DNA from: Sphingomonadales bacterium
GTDB taxonomy: Bacteria; Bacteroidota; Bacteroidia; NS11-12g; UBA955
Length of the DNA: 64,000 bases
Direction of reading: 5' to 3'
NCBI GenBank assembly: GCA_016872175.1
Contig: VHBA01000001.1
Span: 2,757-66,756 of the forward strand
Made by a program: the position numbers and the translations under genes. Shown in pieces: positions 46,753-56,003 of this stretch (within the stretch, counting starts at the first letter, position 1; each line of letters begins with the position of its first letter). The notes beneath the pieces were generated by a model. It saw only the letters and a program-made list of their open reading frames with translations. It did no database searches and was not told the origin of the DNA.

Positions 46753-48363
46753 ATGCAATTTAATTCGAAAACAGGGATTTCTGCAGGTATCTTTTTAGGA
46801 TTGGCCGCTACCGTTATAGCGCAGCCATACTACAAACAAAAGCCTGGTGCCAATTATCACGAAGCAGCCATGGAGAAATGGCCTTCCGGGAAAACCGAAA
46901 AGAAAAAGGATTCTGGGCAGTTCTCAGTGACTTCCTATTTCGTGGATCGCCGCGCTAAGCAATGGTCTGTGGGTTTAGGAGCCGGCTCCACCCAGTTTTT
47001 TGGAGATGCCGACAAAATTCAGCCGGGTTGGCATGCAAAAGCATTTGCAAAATACAGCATTTCCCAAACATTTGGATTGAGGGCTGAATACAATGTTGGT
47101 GTTCTGCGTGGCGCCAGGGATTTTCAGTTTCCTACGCTGTACAAAGACTATTTCCGTTTCAGAAGTAATTTTCAGGATTATAACGTCCAGATGGTATTTA
47201 CTTTGGGTAATATCAGTTTTTTACGCCCATTGCGTAAAACACAGCTCAACCTCTTCATTGGCGGTGGCTGGGGTTCTTATCGCTCAGTAGCAAAGTTCAA
47301 CGATCAGCGTCTTTACGTAGGTGGTGATTATTACTTGAATCACTATTTTGGTCAGGGTACACCCAATCCCAATGTTGGCAAGGATGTTGAAGACCGTTGG
47401 GAAGGAAGACACTGGAATGTGCCTTTCGGTTTTGGTATAAAACACAATCTTGGTAAGAACTTTGATATCGGACTTGATTACCGTCAAACGTACCTCAGAA
47501 CGGATGATATTGATGTGTATAACACTGCAATTTGGCAGAATCGCTGGTTTGATCAATACAGCACACTTACTGTTTACGGCGCCTGGAAATTTGGCAGCAA
47601 AAGCAATCAGCACTACGATTGGTTGAGTCCTATCGAAAGTATTTATGAAAAAGTTAATCTTCTAGATCGCCGCGTTGATACCTTATATTCAGATGCTGAC
47701 GGTGACGGAGTAAGTGATTTTTTTGATGTTGATGACAGCACAGAACAAGGTGTAAATGTATATGGTAACGGCACAGCTGTTGATTCAGATGGTGATGGTG
47801 TTGCTGATTATAAAGATAAAGAGCCTTTCTCAGATAAAGGTGTGGAGGTGGATGCAGAAGGAAGAATGATTGATTCTGACGGTGACAATATTCCTAACCA
47901 CCGTGATTTGGAACCCAATAGCCCAATCGGAGCTATGGTTGATGCCCGTGGTCGCAGTATCGTAAATAACTGCTGCAATTGCGAAGACATGACTTTTCCT
48001 GCGCTCTATTTTGAAACCAACAAATGTCAGATCAGGCCTGAGTTTCAGGTTGTAATGATGATGATTGCTGACAAAATGAAGCAGTGCCCGGATAAGAAAC
48101 TAGTTATTTGCGGATCTACCGGCGAGAAAGAAAAAATGTATGCAGGCAAAAAAGGAGATGTTATTGGTTCATGCCGCACTGAAACTATAATCCAGGCATT
48201 GGTAAGCCAATTTGGAATTACCCGGGATCGCATTGTTATTGATGCCGCCTGCAAATCGGAAGATAAAAATAGAATGGAATTTAAGTTCGGCGGTTCAAGG
48301 CCTGCTGCACCTAAGCCTACCCCGGTGCCAGTATTGCCTCCAACGCCAAGGTCAAGCAGATAA
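46753..48363 (+). CDS. OmpA-like outer-membrane protein: beta-barrel, DxDGDG (TSP3-type) repeats, degenerate OmpA C-terminal domain
   Basis: Signal peptide ending AQ, barrel strands, DADGDGV/DSDGDGV/DSDGDNI, LYFETNK, FGITRDRI. Confidence 0.8.
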   Translation: MQFNSKTGISAGIFLGLAATVIAQPYYKQKPGANYHEAAMEKWPSGKTEKKKDSGQFSVTSYFVDRRAKQWSVGLGAGSTQFFGDADKIQPGWHAKAFAKYSISQTFGLRAEYNVGVLRGARDFQFPTLYKDYFRFRSNFQDYNVQMVFTLGNISFLRPLRKTQLNLFIGGGWGSYRSVAKFNDQRLYVGGDYYLNHYFGQGTPNPNVGKDVEDRWEGRHWNVPFGFGIKHNLGKNFDIGLDYRQTYLRTDDIDVYNTAIWQNRWFDQYSTLTVYGAWKFGSKSNQHYDWLSPIESIYEKVNLLDRRVDTLYSDADGDGVSDFFDVDDSTEQGVNVYGNGTAVDSDGDGVADYKDKEPFSDKGVEVDAEGRMIDSDGDNIPNHRDLEPNSPIGAMVDARGRSIVNNCCNCEDMTFPALYFETNKCQIRPEFQVVMMMIADKMKQCPDKKLVICGSTGEKEKMYAGKKGDVIGSCRTETIIQALVSQFGITRDRIVIDAACKSEDKNRMEFKFGGSRPAAPKPTPVPVLPPTPRSSR

Positions 48364-48381
48364 TAAATATGAAATAAATTT

Positions 48382-48408
48382 AAACGGGCTTTAGAGCCCG
48401 TTTTTTTT
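48382..48408. terminator. Terminator between the convergent ompA-like gene and miaA
   Basis: AAACGGGCT-ttag-AGCCCGTTTTTTTT. Confidence 0.85.
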
Positions 48409-48423
48409 GTTTTTGTAATGATG

Positions 48424-49317
48424 TTAAAAAATTTTGAATAGGACTTCTGCTGCATTCTCGGGCTGCACTTTGATGCCTTCTGTTTGGTTTTTAAACCATG
48501 TAATCTGTCTTTTGGCGTAATTCCGTGTGTGTTGTTTAATCTTTATAACCGCCTCATTCAAGTTTAGCTTGCCATCAATAAATTCAAATAATTCAGTATA
48601 GCCAACTGTTTTTAGAACGGGAAATTCCCGATAGCTTTTCAGCGATTTAACTTCATTTAAAAGGCCTGATTCCATCATTTCATCCACACGGTTCTCAATA
48701 CTTTGATACAGCAATTTTCTATCTGGTATAAGATTGAAAACTTTGTAGGGATACGATATTCTATCCATTTTTGTAGCGTAGATTTCTTTCAGTGATTGGC
48801 CTTCAGCACTTAGAAGCAACTCTGCGGCACGTTTTACACGGGCCGGATTTTGGATTTCAATTATGCCAATGGCTTCTGAATCAAGACTTTTAATCAAATT
48901 AACCAAACCTGACAGGCCTTCTGTTTGCCATCTTTTTTCAATCTCCTCACGAATTTCTACTTTTATTTCCGGAAGAACACTGAAACCCTCCAAAATTGCT
49001 TTCAGATATAGGCCTGTACCACCACATAGAACCACATACTGATGGCTCTCAAGTATTGTAACTATTCTGTTTCGCGCCTCTGTCGCAAATGAAGCTGCGC
49101 TGTAAGGTTCATGTATACTCTTGTTTGCTATAAAATGATGCTGTACTGCAGCTAGCTGGCTGTCAGTTGGCCTTGCTACGCCAATGTTCAGTTCACGATA
49201 AAATTGCCTGCTGTCAAAACTGATAATTTCAGTTTTAAGTGTTTGGGCAATACGTATGGAAAGATCTGTTTTTCCGGAAGCGGTAGGGCCTGTTATGGCT
49301 ATAATCCTTGGCTTCAT
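48424..49317 (-). CDS. miaA: tRNA dimethylallyltransferase
   Basis: GPTASGKT, DSRQFY, GGTGLYL, TRNYAKRQITWF. Confidence 0.97.
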   Translation of the reverse strand: MKPRIIAITGPTASGKTDLSIRIAQTLKTEIISFDSRQFYRELNIGVARPTDSQLAAVQHHFIANKSIHEPYSAASFATEARNRIVTILESHQYVVLCGGTGLYLKAILEGFSVLPEIKVEIREEIEKRWQTEGLSGLVNLIKSLDSEAIGIIEIQNPARVKRAAELLLSAEGQSLKEIYATKMDRISYPYKVFNLIPDRKLLYQSIENRVDEMMESGLLNEVKSLKSYREFPVLKTVGYTELFEFIDGKLNLNEAVIKIKQHTRNYAKRQITWFKNQTEGIKVQPENAAEVLFKIF

Positions 49318-49332
49318 CGGATTATTCTGATT

Positions 49333-49968
49333 TTACTGATCACTGACTTCGGAAAATCCATCCATGCCAAAATCTTCATCGGTGCTATCACCATATTCGT
49401 TCAATCCCAGATCGTCTTCGTCGTCTTCATCTGCTTCATCCAGCAATTCTTCTTCGGCACCTTCCATTATGTTTTTCCCGGCTTTGGCGGCCAATATCTT
49501 TGCAGCCAATGCATCAAATTCATTGTCATCCAGCATTTTGAAACGGCTGTCCTCTCGTTGCCTTGGTGATTTTCCTTCACTTCTGAATACAAGCGGATAT
49601 TCTTTTTTGGGTGCATCTTCCGCTATCATCTGGAGTTCACAGTTTAAAGTCCACATGGCCAAAAAATCAGTGATATAGATGAAGCGTTGGTGGGGATCAT
49701 TAATATAATCCCTGAGTTTGGCATCTTTCATCAGTGCTTTGGGCTCAGGATTGTCAGAGTCGCTTATTCCCATGTCATCAAGGCATATTTCGAAAAGCTT
49801 ACGCCATTTATCATCGCTTATATAGAAAGAGGTAGGTTCTTTTTTATCAAACCCAATTGAATCCTGGATTACATTGTGAAAATCGAGAAAACTGTGAGAG
49901 GGTTTAATATCTATCCACCTTATCACATCTTCCAGATCTTCAAACCAAACTTTAAAACGATAAATCAT
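49333..49968 (-). CDS. pRiA4b ORF-3-like conserved protein with acidic tail
   Basis: MIYRFKV..ED...V.R.IDI, SFYISDDKW, FIYITDFL..W; Asp/Glu-rich C-terminus; upstream of miaA. Confidence 0.72.
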   Translation of the reverse strand: MIYRFKVWFEDLEDVIRWIDIKPSHSFLDFHNVIQDSIGFDKKEPTSFYISDDKWRKLFEICLDDMGISDSDNPEPKALMKDAKLRDYINDPHQRFIYITDFLAMWTLNCELQMIAEDAPKKEYPLVFRSEGKSPRQREDSRFKMLDDNEFDALAAKILAAKAGKNIMEGAEEELLDEADEDDEDDLGLNEYGDSTDEDFGMDGFSEVSDQ

Positions 49969-50021
49969 ATTGACGCAAAGTTAAATGATGCCGAGCAAAT
50001 TCCGTATTTTCGCGGTATCGG

Positions 50022-52307
50022 ATGCGGGTATTATTTTCTTTTTTGTGGTGTTTGGTTTTGGTTGGAACAATAAATGCCCAAAAGGGTGATATCAGGGGAT
50101 TTGTTTACAATTCAGAATCCGGTGAAAGGATTGCCAATGCTATTGTAAAGGCGTCATCTGATGGCCGTATTGTACTTACAGATGCTGACGGTTATTATTC
50201 CCTAACAAAACTTACTGTAGGAAAACAACGTTTGTGGATTTGGGCGGCAGGCTTTGATACCATCACAGCGGAAGCAACCATTTTTAATGGTGCAAGCACC
50301 AAAGCTGACCACTATTTACAAAAAATCACATCAATGGAAGAGGTGAGAATTACTGTTGCTAAAAAGCGAGATGCAGGTATTACCGGGACACCCATTGAGG
50401 CCAAGCAAATTTATAAAATACCTACGGTTGGGGCTGAAGCCGATATTATTCAGTATTTACAGATAATGCCAGGGGTCGTATTTACAGGCGATCAGGGCGG
50501 ACAACTATACATACGCGGTGGTTCACCTATCATGAATAAAGTTATGCTTGATGGAATGACTATATACAATCCGTTTCATTCCATTGGTCTATTCTCGGTT
50601 TTTGAAACGGATCTCATCAAAAGCGCAGATGTTCATACAGCAGGATTTGGTGCCCAGTATGGCGGAAGAATAAGTGCTGTGGTGGATGTTAGGACCCGCG
50701 ATGGCAATAAGCAAAAACTGAGTGCAAAGGCAGGACTTACCACGTTTACCGGAAAATTTCTCCTTGAAGGTCCTATTAAAAAATTCAGTAAAGGCAGCAG
50801 CAATAGTTCTTTCGTGTTATCGTACAGAAATTCATTCCTTAAACAATCCTCCCGTATTTTTTATAATTACGCAAACCCGGATAAATTACCCTATAATTTT
50901 GGAGATGTCTTCGGTAAATTCAGTATGAACGGGGCAGGAGGCGGATACACCAATCTATATGGTTTTCGTTTTAGCGACAGGGTCGATTTTCCTAATACCA
51001 CACGCTATAACTGGGTGTCAAGCGGATTTGGCGGTAAATACCTGGTTGTTCCCGATCAGTCCAAAACGCGCCTCGATGGACATTTTCTATATAGTAATTA
51101 CGAAATAAACCAGATTGAAAAGGATGGGTTACCCCGTAAAAGCGGCATTGGCGGATTTAATATCGGTATGAACTTTTCCTATAATTTTAAAAAGGATCAG
51201 TTTAAATGGGGGTTGGAGATGAACAGTTTTCAAACCGACTTTGTCTTATATAACAGCAATAGCCGCCTGATTCAACAAAAAGAAGCTACGGCAGAAATTA
51301 ATACTTTTGCCAATTACAGGTATATCCGCAAGAAATTTACTGCTGAAAGCGGTATCAGATGGCAATACTATGCTTCACTCGGAAATGGAAGTCTTGAACC
51401 CCGCATACAGGCCAAATACAGCCCATTTCCATGGCTTTCGGTTAAGGCAGCAGTTGGTAAATACAGTCAGAACCTGCTTTCGGCAATTAGTGACAGGGAT
51501 GTGGTAAATTTATTTTATGGATTTTTAAGCGGGCCGGAAAATTTACCGGCTACATTCAATGGCAAGCCTGTTACTGATCGACTGCAGAAAGCCCGCCATG
51601 CTGTGGCAGGGATGGAATATCAGCTTACTAAGCGCATCAGTGTAAATACAGAAGCCTTTTACAAGCGTTTTGACCAGATTACCAATATCAACAGGGATAA
51701 ACTGTTTAATGATGATTTGTTCAATCAGAGTAAGCCCGCACGCCTTCGCCAGGACTTTATCATTGAAACAGGCGATGCCTATGGTGCAGATGCTACTTTC
51801 AAGTATGAAGATAAACGATGGTATGTGTGGGCGGTTTACAGCCTTACCTACGTGAACCGTTTTGATGGTGTAATGACGTATCAGCCTATATTTGACAGAA
51901 GACACAATGCCAATATACTGGTAAATTATACCCTTCCCGGCAAAGCCAAATCTACAGAGGTAAGCCTTAGATGGAATTTTGGTTCAGGCTTTCCTTTTAC
52001 CCAAACGCAGGGTTACTATGAGAAATTCAATTTTGGCCAGGGTTTGAGTACCGATTATGTTTCCGGAAACGGTGATTTGGGAATTTTATATGGTAGTATC
52101 AATGCAGGAAGACTGCCTTATTACCACCGTCTTGATTTTTCCGCCAAAAGAACCTGGAAATTAACAGACAGCAGGCAGTTTCAGATGGTGCTGAGTGTTA
52201 CAAACGTATATAACAGAGACAATATTTTCTACTTCGACAGGGTAAATAACATCAGGGTAAATCAATTACCTTTACTGCCGGCGCTTGGCTGCAACTACAC
52301 CTTCTAG
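50022..52307 (+). CDS. TonB-dependent receptor with N-terminal CarboxypepD_reg-like domain
   Basis: IRGFV...TDADGYYSL, plug LQIMPGV...YIRGG...LDG..IYNPFH, YGGRISAV, terminal YTF. Confidence 0.92.
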   Translation: MRVLFSFLWCLVLVGTINAQKGDIRGFVYNSESGERIANAIVKASSDGRIVLTDADGYYSLTKLTVGKQRLWIWAAGFDTITAEATIFNGASTKADHYLQKITSMEEVRITVAKKRDAGITGTPIEAKQIYKIPTVGAEADIIQYLQIMPGVVFTGDQGGQLYIRGGSPIMNKVMLDGMTIYNPFHSIGLFSVFETDLIKSADVHTAGFGAQYGGRISAVVDVRTRDGNKQKLSAKAGLTTFTGKFLLEGPIKKFSKGSSNSSFVLSYRNSFLKQSSRIFYNYANPDKLPYNFGDVFGKFSMNGAGGGYTNLYGFRFSDRVDFPNTTRYNWVSSGFGGKYLVVPDQSKTRLDGHFLYSNYEINQIEKDGLPRKSGIGGFNIGMNFSYNFKKDQFKWGLEMNSFQTDFVLYNSNSRLIQQKEATAEINTFANYRYIRKKFTAESGIRWQYYASLGNGSLEPRIQAKYSPFPWLSVKAAVGKYSQNLLSAISDRDVVNLFYGFLSGPENLPATFNGKPVTDRLQKARHAVAGMEYQLTKRISVNTEAFYKRFDQITNINRDKLFNDDLFNQSKPARLRQDFIIETGDAYGADATFKYEDKRWYVWAVYSLTYVNRFDGVMTYQPIFDRRHNANILVNYTLPGKAKSTEVSLRWNFGSGFPFTQTQGYYEKFNFGQGLSTDYVSGNGDLGILYGSINAGRLPYYHRLDFSAKRTWKLTDSRQFQMVLSVTNVYNRDNIFYFDRVNNIRVNQLPLLPALGCNYTF

Positions 52308-54904
52308 GGTAACTTATTTTTCAGTTCCTGCAATTTAAGCAAGGCATCAATGGGTGAAATGGCATTCACGTCAATTTTCTTTAGGATTTCTTGCAATTCT
52401 TTCAGTTTGGGATCTTCAGCCTGAAACATATTGAGCTGATAAACGGGAACTGCGGCATTGTTTTTCAGGGTGTTTCTGCCGCTGATAGCAGATCGGTCTG
52501 TTTCAAGCCTGTTAAGAATTTCGCTTGCCCTTAACAGAACTTTGTTGGGAATACCTGCCATTTGGGCAACGTGAATACCAAAGCTATGTTCACTGCCGCC
52601 CGGTTTTAATTTGCGTAAAAACACAATACGATTTCCCTGTTCCTTAATGGCAATGTGATAGTTTTTAACGCCTTCCATTTTGCTTTCCAGCTCATTGAGT
52701 TCATGGTAGTGCGTTGCAAACAGGGTTTTGGGTTTGAAAGGATGACTTTGAAGGTATTCTGCAATACTCCAGGCAAGGCTTACGCCGTCGTAGGTGCTGG
52801 TGCCACGTCCTATCTCATCCAGCAGTATAAGGCTGCGGTCGCTGATGTTATTCAAAATACTGGCAGTTTCCAGCATTTCCACCATAAAGGTCGATTCACC
52901 CAGGCTAATGTTGTCGCTGGCACCTACCCGTGTATAAATGCGGTCTACAACGCCAATAACAGCCCTTTCACAAGGAACAAAACAGCCTATTTGTGCGAGA
53001 ATAACGGCCAGCGCAGTTTGCCGTAGAATGGCACTTTTACCGCTCATATTTGGTCCGGTAAGTATTACAATTCTTTGTTCATCGGTATTAAGCGATATGT
53101 CGTTTGGTACATAGCTTTCATCGGGAGGCAGCTGTTTCTCAATCACCGGATGCCTGCAACCATACAGCTGAAGATTTCGTTCTTCTGTAATTTCAGGTTT
53201 GTTGAAACGATGTGATGCTGAAAGGTGTGCAAACCCCATTAAAACATCGATTTTAGCTACAGTAAGTGCATTTTGCTGAAGCAATGCTATGTAATGGCCT
53301 GCCCATAGAACCAATTCATCCCATAACCGCTGTTCGAGTGCAAGTATTTTATCTTCGGCACTTAAAATCTTCTCTTCGTAACTTTTAAGTTCCGGCGTGA
53401 TGTAGCGCTCGGCATTGGTGAGGGTTTGTTTGCGAATCCAGTCTTCCGGAACTTTATCTTTGTGGGAATGTGTAACTTCCAGGTAGTAGCCAAAAACATT
53501 GTTAAAACCAATTTTCAGACTGCTGATACCGGTTTTTTCAACTTCGCGTTTTTGTATTTCCAGCAGGTGGTCTTTTCCTCCAAAGGCTATGCTTCGCAGT
53601 TCTTCCAGTTCTGCATTAATGCCTGATTTTATGGTTCCGCCTTTGCTAAGCAGGGCAGGAGCATCCTCGGAAATGGTGTTTTGCAGTTTATATATAATGG
53701 CACGTGCATCCTGAATAAGTCCGGTAAGTTCCTTCACTGCAGGGTGCGCATCTTTCAGGTTGTCGGTAAGCTCTTCAATCGCAAGCAAGCTGCGACCCAG
53801 TTGCAGTAGCTCTCTTGGGTTTACACGATTTAAAGCCACTTTGCCGATAATTCGCTGCAAATCCCCAATTCTTTCGGCGATAGCCCTGCAGAATACAAGC
53901 TTTGTCTGATTCTGAAAAAAATATTCAACAATTTGGTGTCGGAAGGCGATTTCAGAAGATTTTTTTAGGGGAAGAATAAGCCAATTTCTGAGCAAACGGC
54001 TGCCCATGGGTGTTTTGGTTTGATCGAGAATATCAATCAGGGGAGTGCCGCCGGGGTAAATAGGGTAGAGCAGTTCCAGATTGCGTACAGTGAAACCATC
54101 CAGCCAAACATGTTCGCTGTCATCAATGCGGTGAATACCTTTGATATGGCTAACCTGCGTATGGTGAGTATTATCCAGGTATTGCAGACAGGCGCCTGCA
54201 GCAATAATTGACTCCGGCATTTCCGCTATGCCAAATCCTTTCAGTGACGCAGCCTGAAACTGCCGGCACAGCTTATCGGTAGCATATTCTGTCTGAAAAA
54301 CCCAGTCTTCCAGATATTGGCTAAAAATCTGATCGCCAAGCAGTTCATTGACCGCCTTTTGCTGGCTTTTGGGCGCAATGATCTCAGCTGGTTTTAAACC
54401 GCTGATGAGCCGCTTAATTGACTCTGCATCGGCGGTAGTTGCCATGAATTCGCCGGTTGAAATATCCAGAAACGCCACACCAGCTTTTTCCTGGTGAAAA
54501 AACAGGCAGCACAAATAGTTATTCTGTCTTGATTCCAGCACTTTGTCGTTATAGCTGACCCCCGGTGTAACCAATTCTGTTACGCCGCGCTTTACGATGG
54601 TTTTGGTTAGTTTCGGATCTTCCAGCTGATCGCATACGGCCACGCGCTGTCCGGCTCTTACAAGTTTGGGCAGGTACACATCGAGGCTGTGGTGCGGAAA
54701 GCCGGCCAGGTCTATTTCTGAAGCTGAACCATTGGAACGTTTGGTAAGTACAATTCCCAGAATTTTGCTGGCAGTGCGGGCATCTTCTTCAAATGTTTCA
54801 TAAAAATCGCCAACCCTGAACAGCAGTAAAGCACCTGGATATTGTCCTTTGATGCTGTAGTATTGCTTCATCAGCGGGGTTTCCGATTTTTCCTTCGCGC
54901 ACAT
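52304..54904 (-). CDS. mutS: DNA mismatch repair protein MutS
   Basis: TPLMKQY, FRVGDFYE, TGPNMSGKS, STFMVEM, DEIGRGT. Confidence 0.98.
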   Translation of the reverse strand: MCAKEKSETPLMKQYYSIKGQYPGALLLFRVGDFYETFEEDARTASKILGIVLTKRSNGSASEIDLAGFPHHSLDVYLPKLVRAGQRVAVCDQLEDPKLTKTIVKRGVTELVTPGVSYNDKVLESRQNNYLCCLFFHQEKAGVAFLDISTGEFMATTADAESIKRLISGLKPAEIIAPKSQQKAVNELLGDQIFSQYLEDWVFQTEYATDKLCRQFQAASLKGFGIAEMPESIIAAGACLQYLDNTHHTQVSHIKGIHRIDDSEHVWLDGFTVRNLELLYPIYPGGTPLIDILDQTKTPMGSRLLRNWLILPLKKSSEIAFRHQIVEYFFQNQTKLVFCRAIAERIGDLQRIIGKVALNRVNPRELLQLGRSLLAIEELTDNLKDAHPAVKELTGLIQDARAIIYKLQNTISEDAPALLSKGGTIKSGINAELEELRSIAFGGKDHLLEIQKREVEKTGISSLKIGFNNVFGYYLEVTHSHKDKVPEDWIRKQTLTNAERYITPELKSYEEKILSAEDKILALEQRLWDELVLWAGHYIALLQQNALTVAKIDVLMGFAHLSASHRFNKPEITEERNLQLYGCRHPVIEKQLPPDESYVPNDISLNTDEQRIVILTGPNMSGKSAILRQTALAVILAQIGCFVPCERAVIGVVDRIYTRVGASDNISLGESTFMVEMLETASILNNISDRSLILLDEIGRGTSTYDGVSLAWSIAEYLQSHPFKPKTLFATHYHELNELESKMEGVKNYHIAIKEQGNRIVFLRKLKPGGSEHSFGIHVAQMAGIPNKVLLRASEILNRLETDRSAISGRNTLKNNAAVPVYQLNMFQAEDPKLKELQEILKKIDVNAISPIDALLKLQELKNKLP

Positions 54905-54962
54905 AATTACAGAAGGTGCAATTTAATCCACTGCTCCCGGAATTGATGAACATTTTATCCCT

Positions 54963-55940
54963 TTAAACCCACAATGTTTCCCCGATTTTTGGAAGTATCA
55001 GTTGTCCATTTATTTTTCCTTCAGCATGTGCCTCTGTAAGCAAACGCATGGGAAGGCCGGCCGGCTCGTCACTAAGGTCTAATGTGCCATGATGCATGGG
55101 AATGAAGTGCTTGGCACCTGAATCATGAAACGCCTGAACTGCTTGAGCCGGTGACATGTGAACAGGTTGCATGAACCATTCAGGTTGAAAAGCGCCAATG
55201 CCCATCATTGCATAATCCAGATTCGGAAAAAGTTCACTTAATTCTTTAAAATGGCTGCCATAGCCGCTGTCGCTGCCAAAATAAACAGAACGGGCGCCGG
55301 ATTCTATGACAAAAGCCCCCCACAAACGTTTGTTAGTATCTCTAAGCATGCGCCGAGCCCAATGTCTGGTGGGAAGGTAGGTTATTTTAATATTTTCAAA
55401 ACCATGAAACTGCTGATACCAGCCCATTTCCACCACATGATTATGACCCCATTTGCGGAGAAGTCGGCCCATATTGAGTCCGGTAATTAATGTGGCTCTG
55501 GGATTTAGGCGCATCAACCGTTTCAGCGATTTTTCATCGCAGTGATCGCGGTGGTCATGAGAAACAAGGATATAATCGATTTCACCAAAAGCATGGGGAG
55601 TGTATGGGGGTTTTACCCTATGCTTTAAAAATCGTGCGTTGAAAAGTACAGGGTCAATCAACATTGAAATCCCATTAAGCCGCATGAAGAACCAGGCATG
55701 TCCAAGCCAAACGATACAGTCGTCGTTTTTACGTCTAAAGAGGCTGTCAGCAAGACTCTCGGGCTTCCAAAGATCCAGTTTCTTTTCTTTTTTAAATGGG
55801 CGGGGGCCGGTTTGCCAACGCCACACATCTTTAAACTTTGGGATGTGGGGAAATTCATGGTTGCAAAACCGACCTTTTTTATCAAGTGGATTGCCATTCC
55901 ATCCGGGTTTGATGATGGGCAGGGAAGGGTTGTAAATCAT
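54963..55940 (-). CDS. MBL-fold metallohydrolase (NAPE-PLD/RomA-like)
   Basis: WLGHA, SHDHRDHCD, PTRHW, LWGAFVI, HMSP, PMHHGT. Confidence 0.88.
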   Translation of the reverse strand: MIYNPSLPIIKPGWNGNPLDKKGRFCNHEFPHIPKFKDVWRWQTGPRPFKKEKKLDLWKPESLADSLFRRKNDDCIVWLGHAWFFMRLNGISMLIDPVLFNARFLKHRVKPPYTPHAFGEIDYILVSHDHRDHCDEKSLKRLMRLNPRATLITGLNMGRLLRKWGHNHVVEMGWYQQFHGFENIKITYLPTRHWARRMLRDTNKRLWGAFVIESGARSVYFGSDSGYGSHFKELSELFPNLDYAMMGIGAFQPEWFMQPVHMSPAQAVQAFHDSGAKHFIPMHHGTLDLSDEPAGLPMRLLTEAHAEGKINGQLILPKIGETLWV

Positions 55941-55969
55941 AAATGCTTTAAGGCGGATGTTCTACTTAC

Positions 55970-55998
55970 AAAAAAGGCCGCCTATTGGGGCGGCCTTT
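55970..55998 (-). terminator. Intrinsic terminator after hppA
   Basis: Minus strand AAAGGCCGCC-ccaata-GGCGGCCTTTTTT. Confidence 0.85.
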
Positions 55999-56003
55999 CA
56001 ATA

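Noticed and set aside
49333..49968. Mobile element suggested by the plasmid/IS-passenger family name
   Set aside because: No transposase or inverted repeats; it sits in a chromosomal context next to miaA
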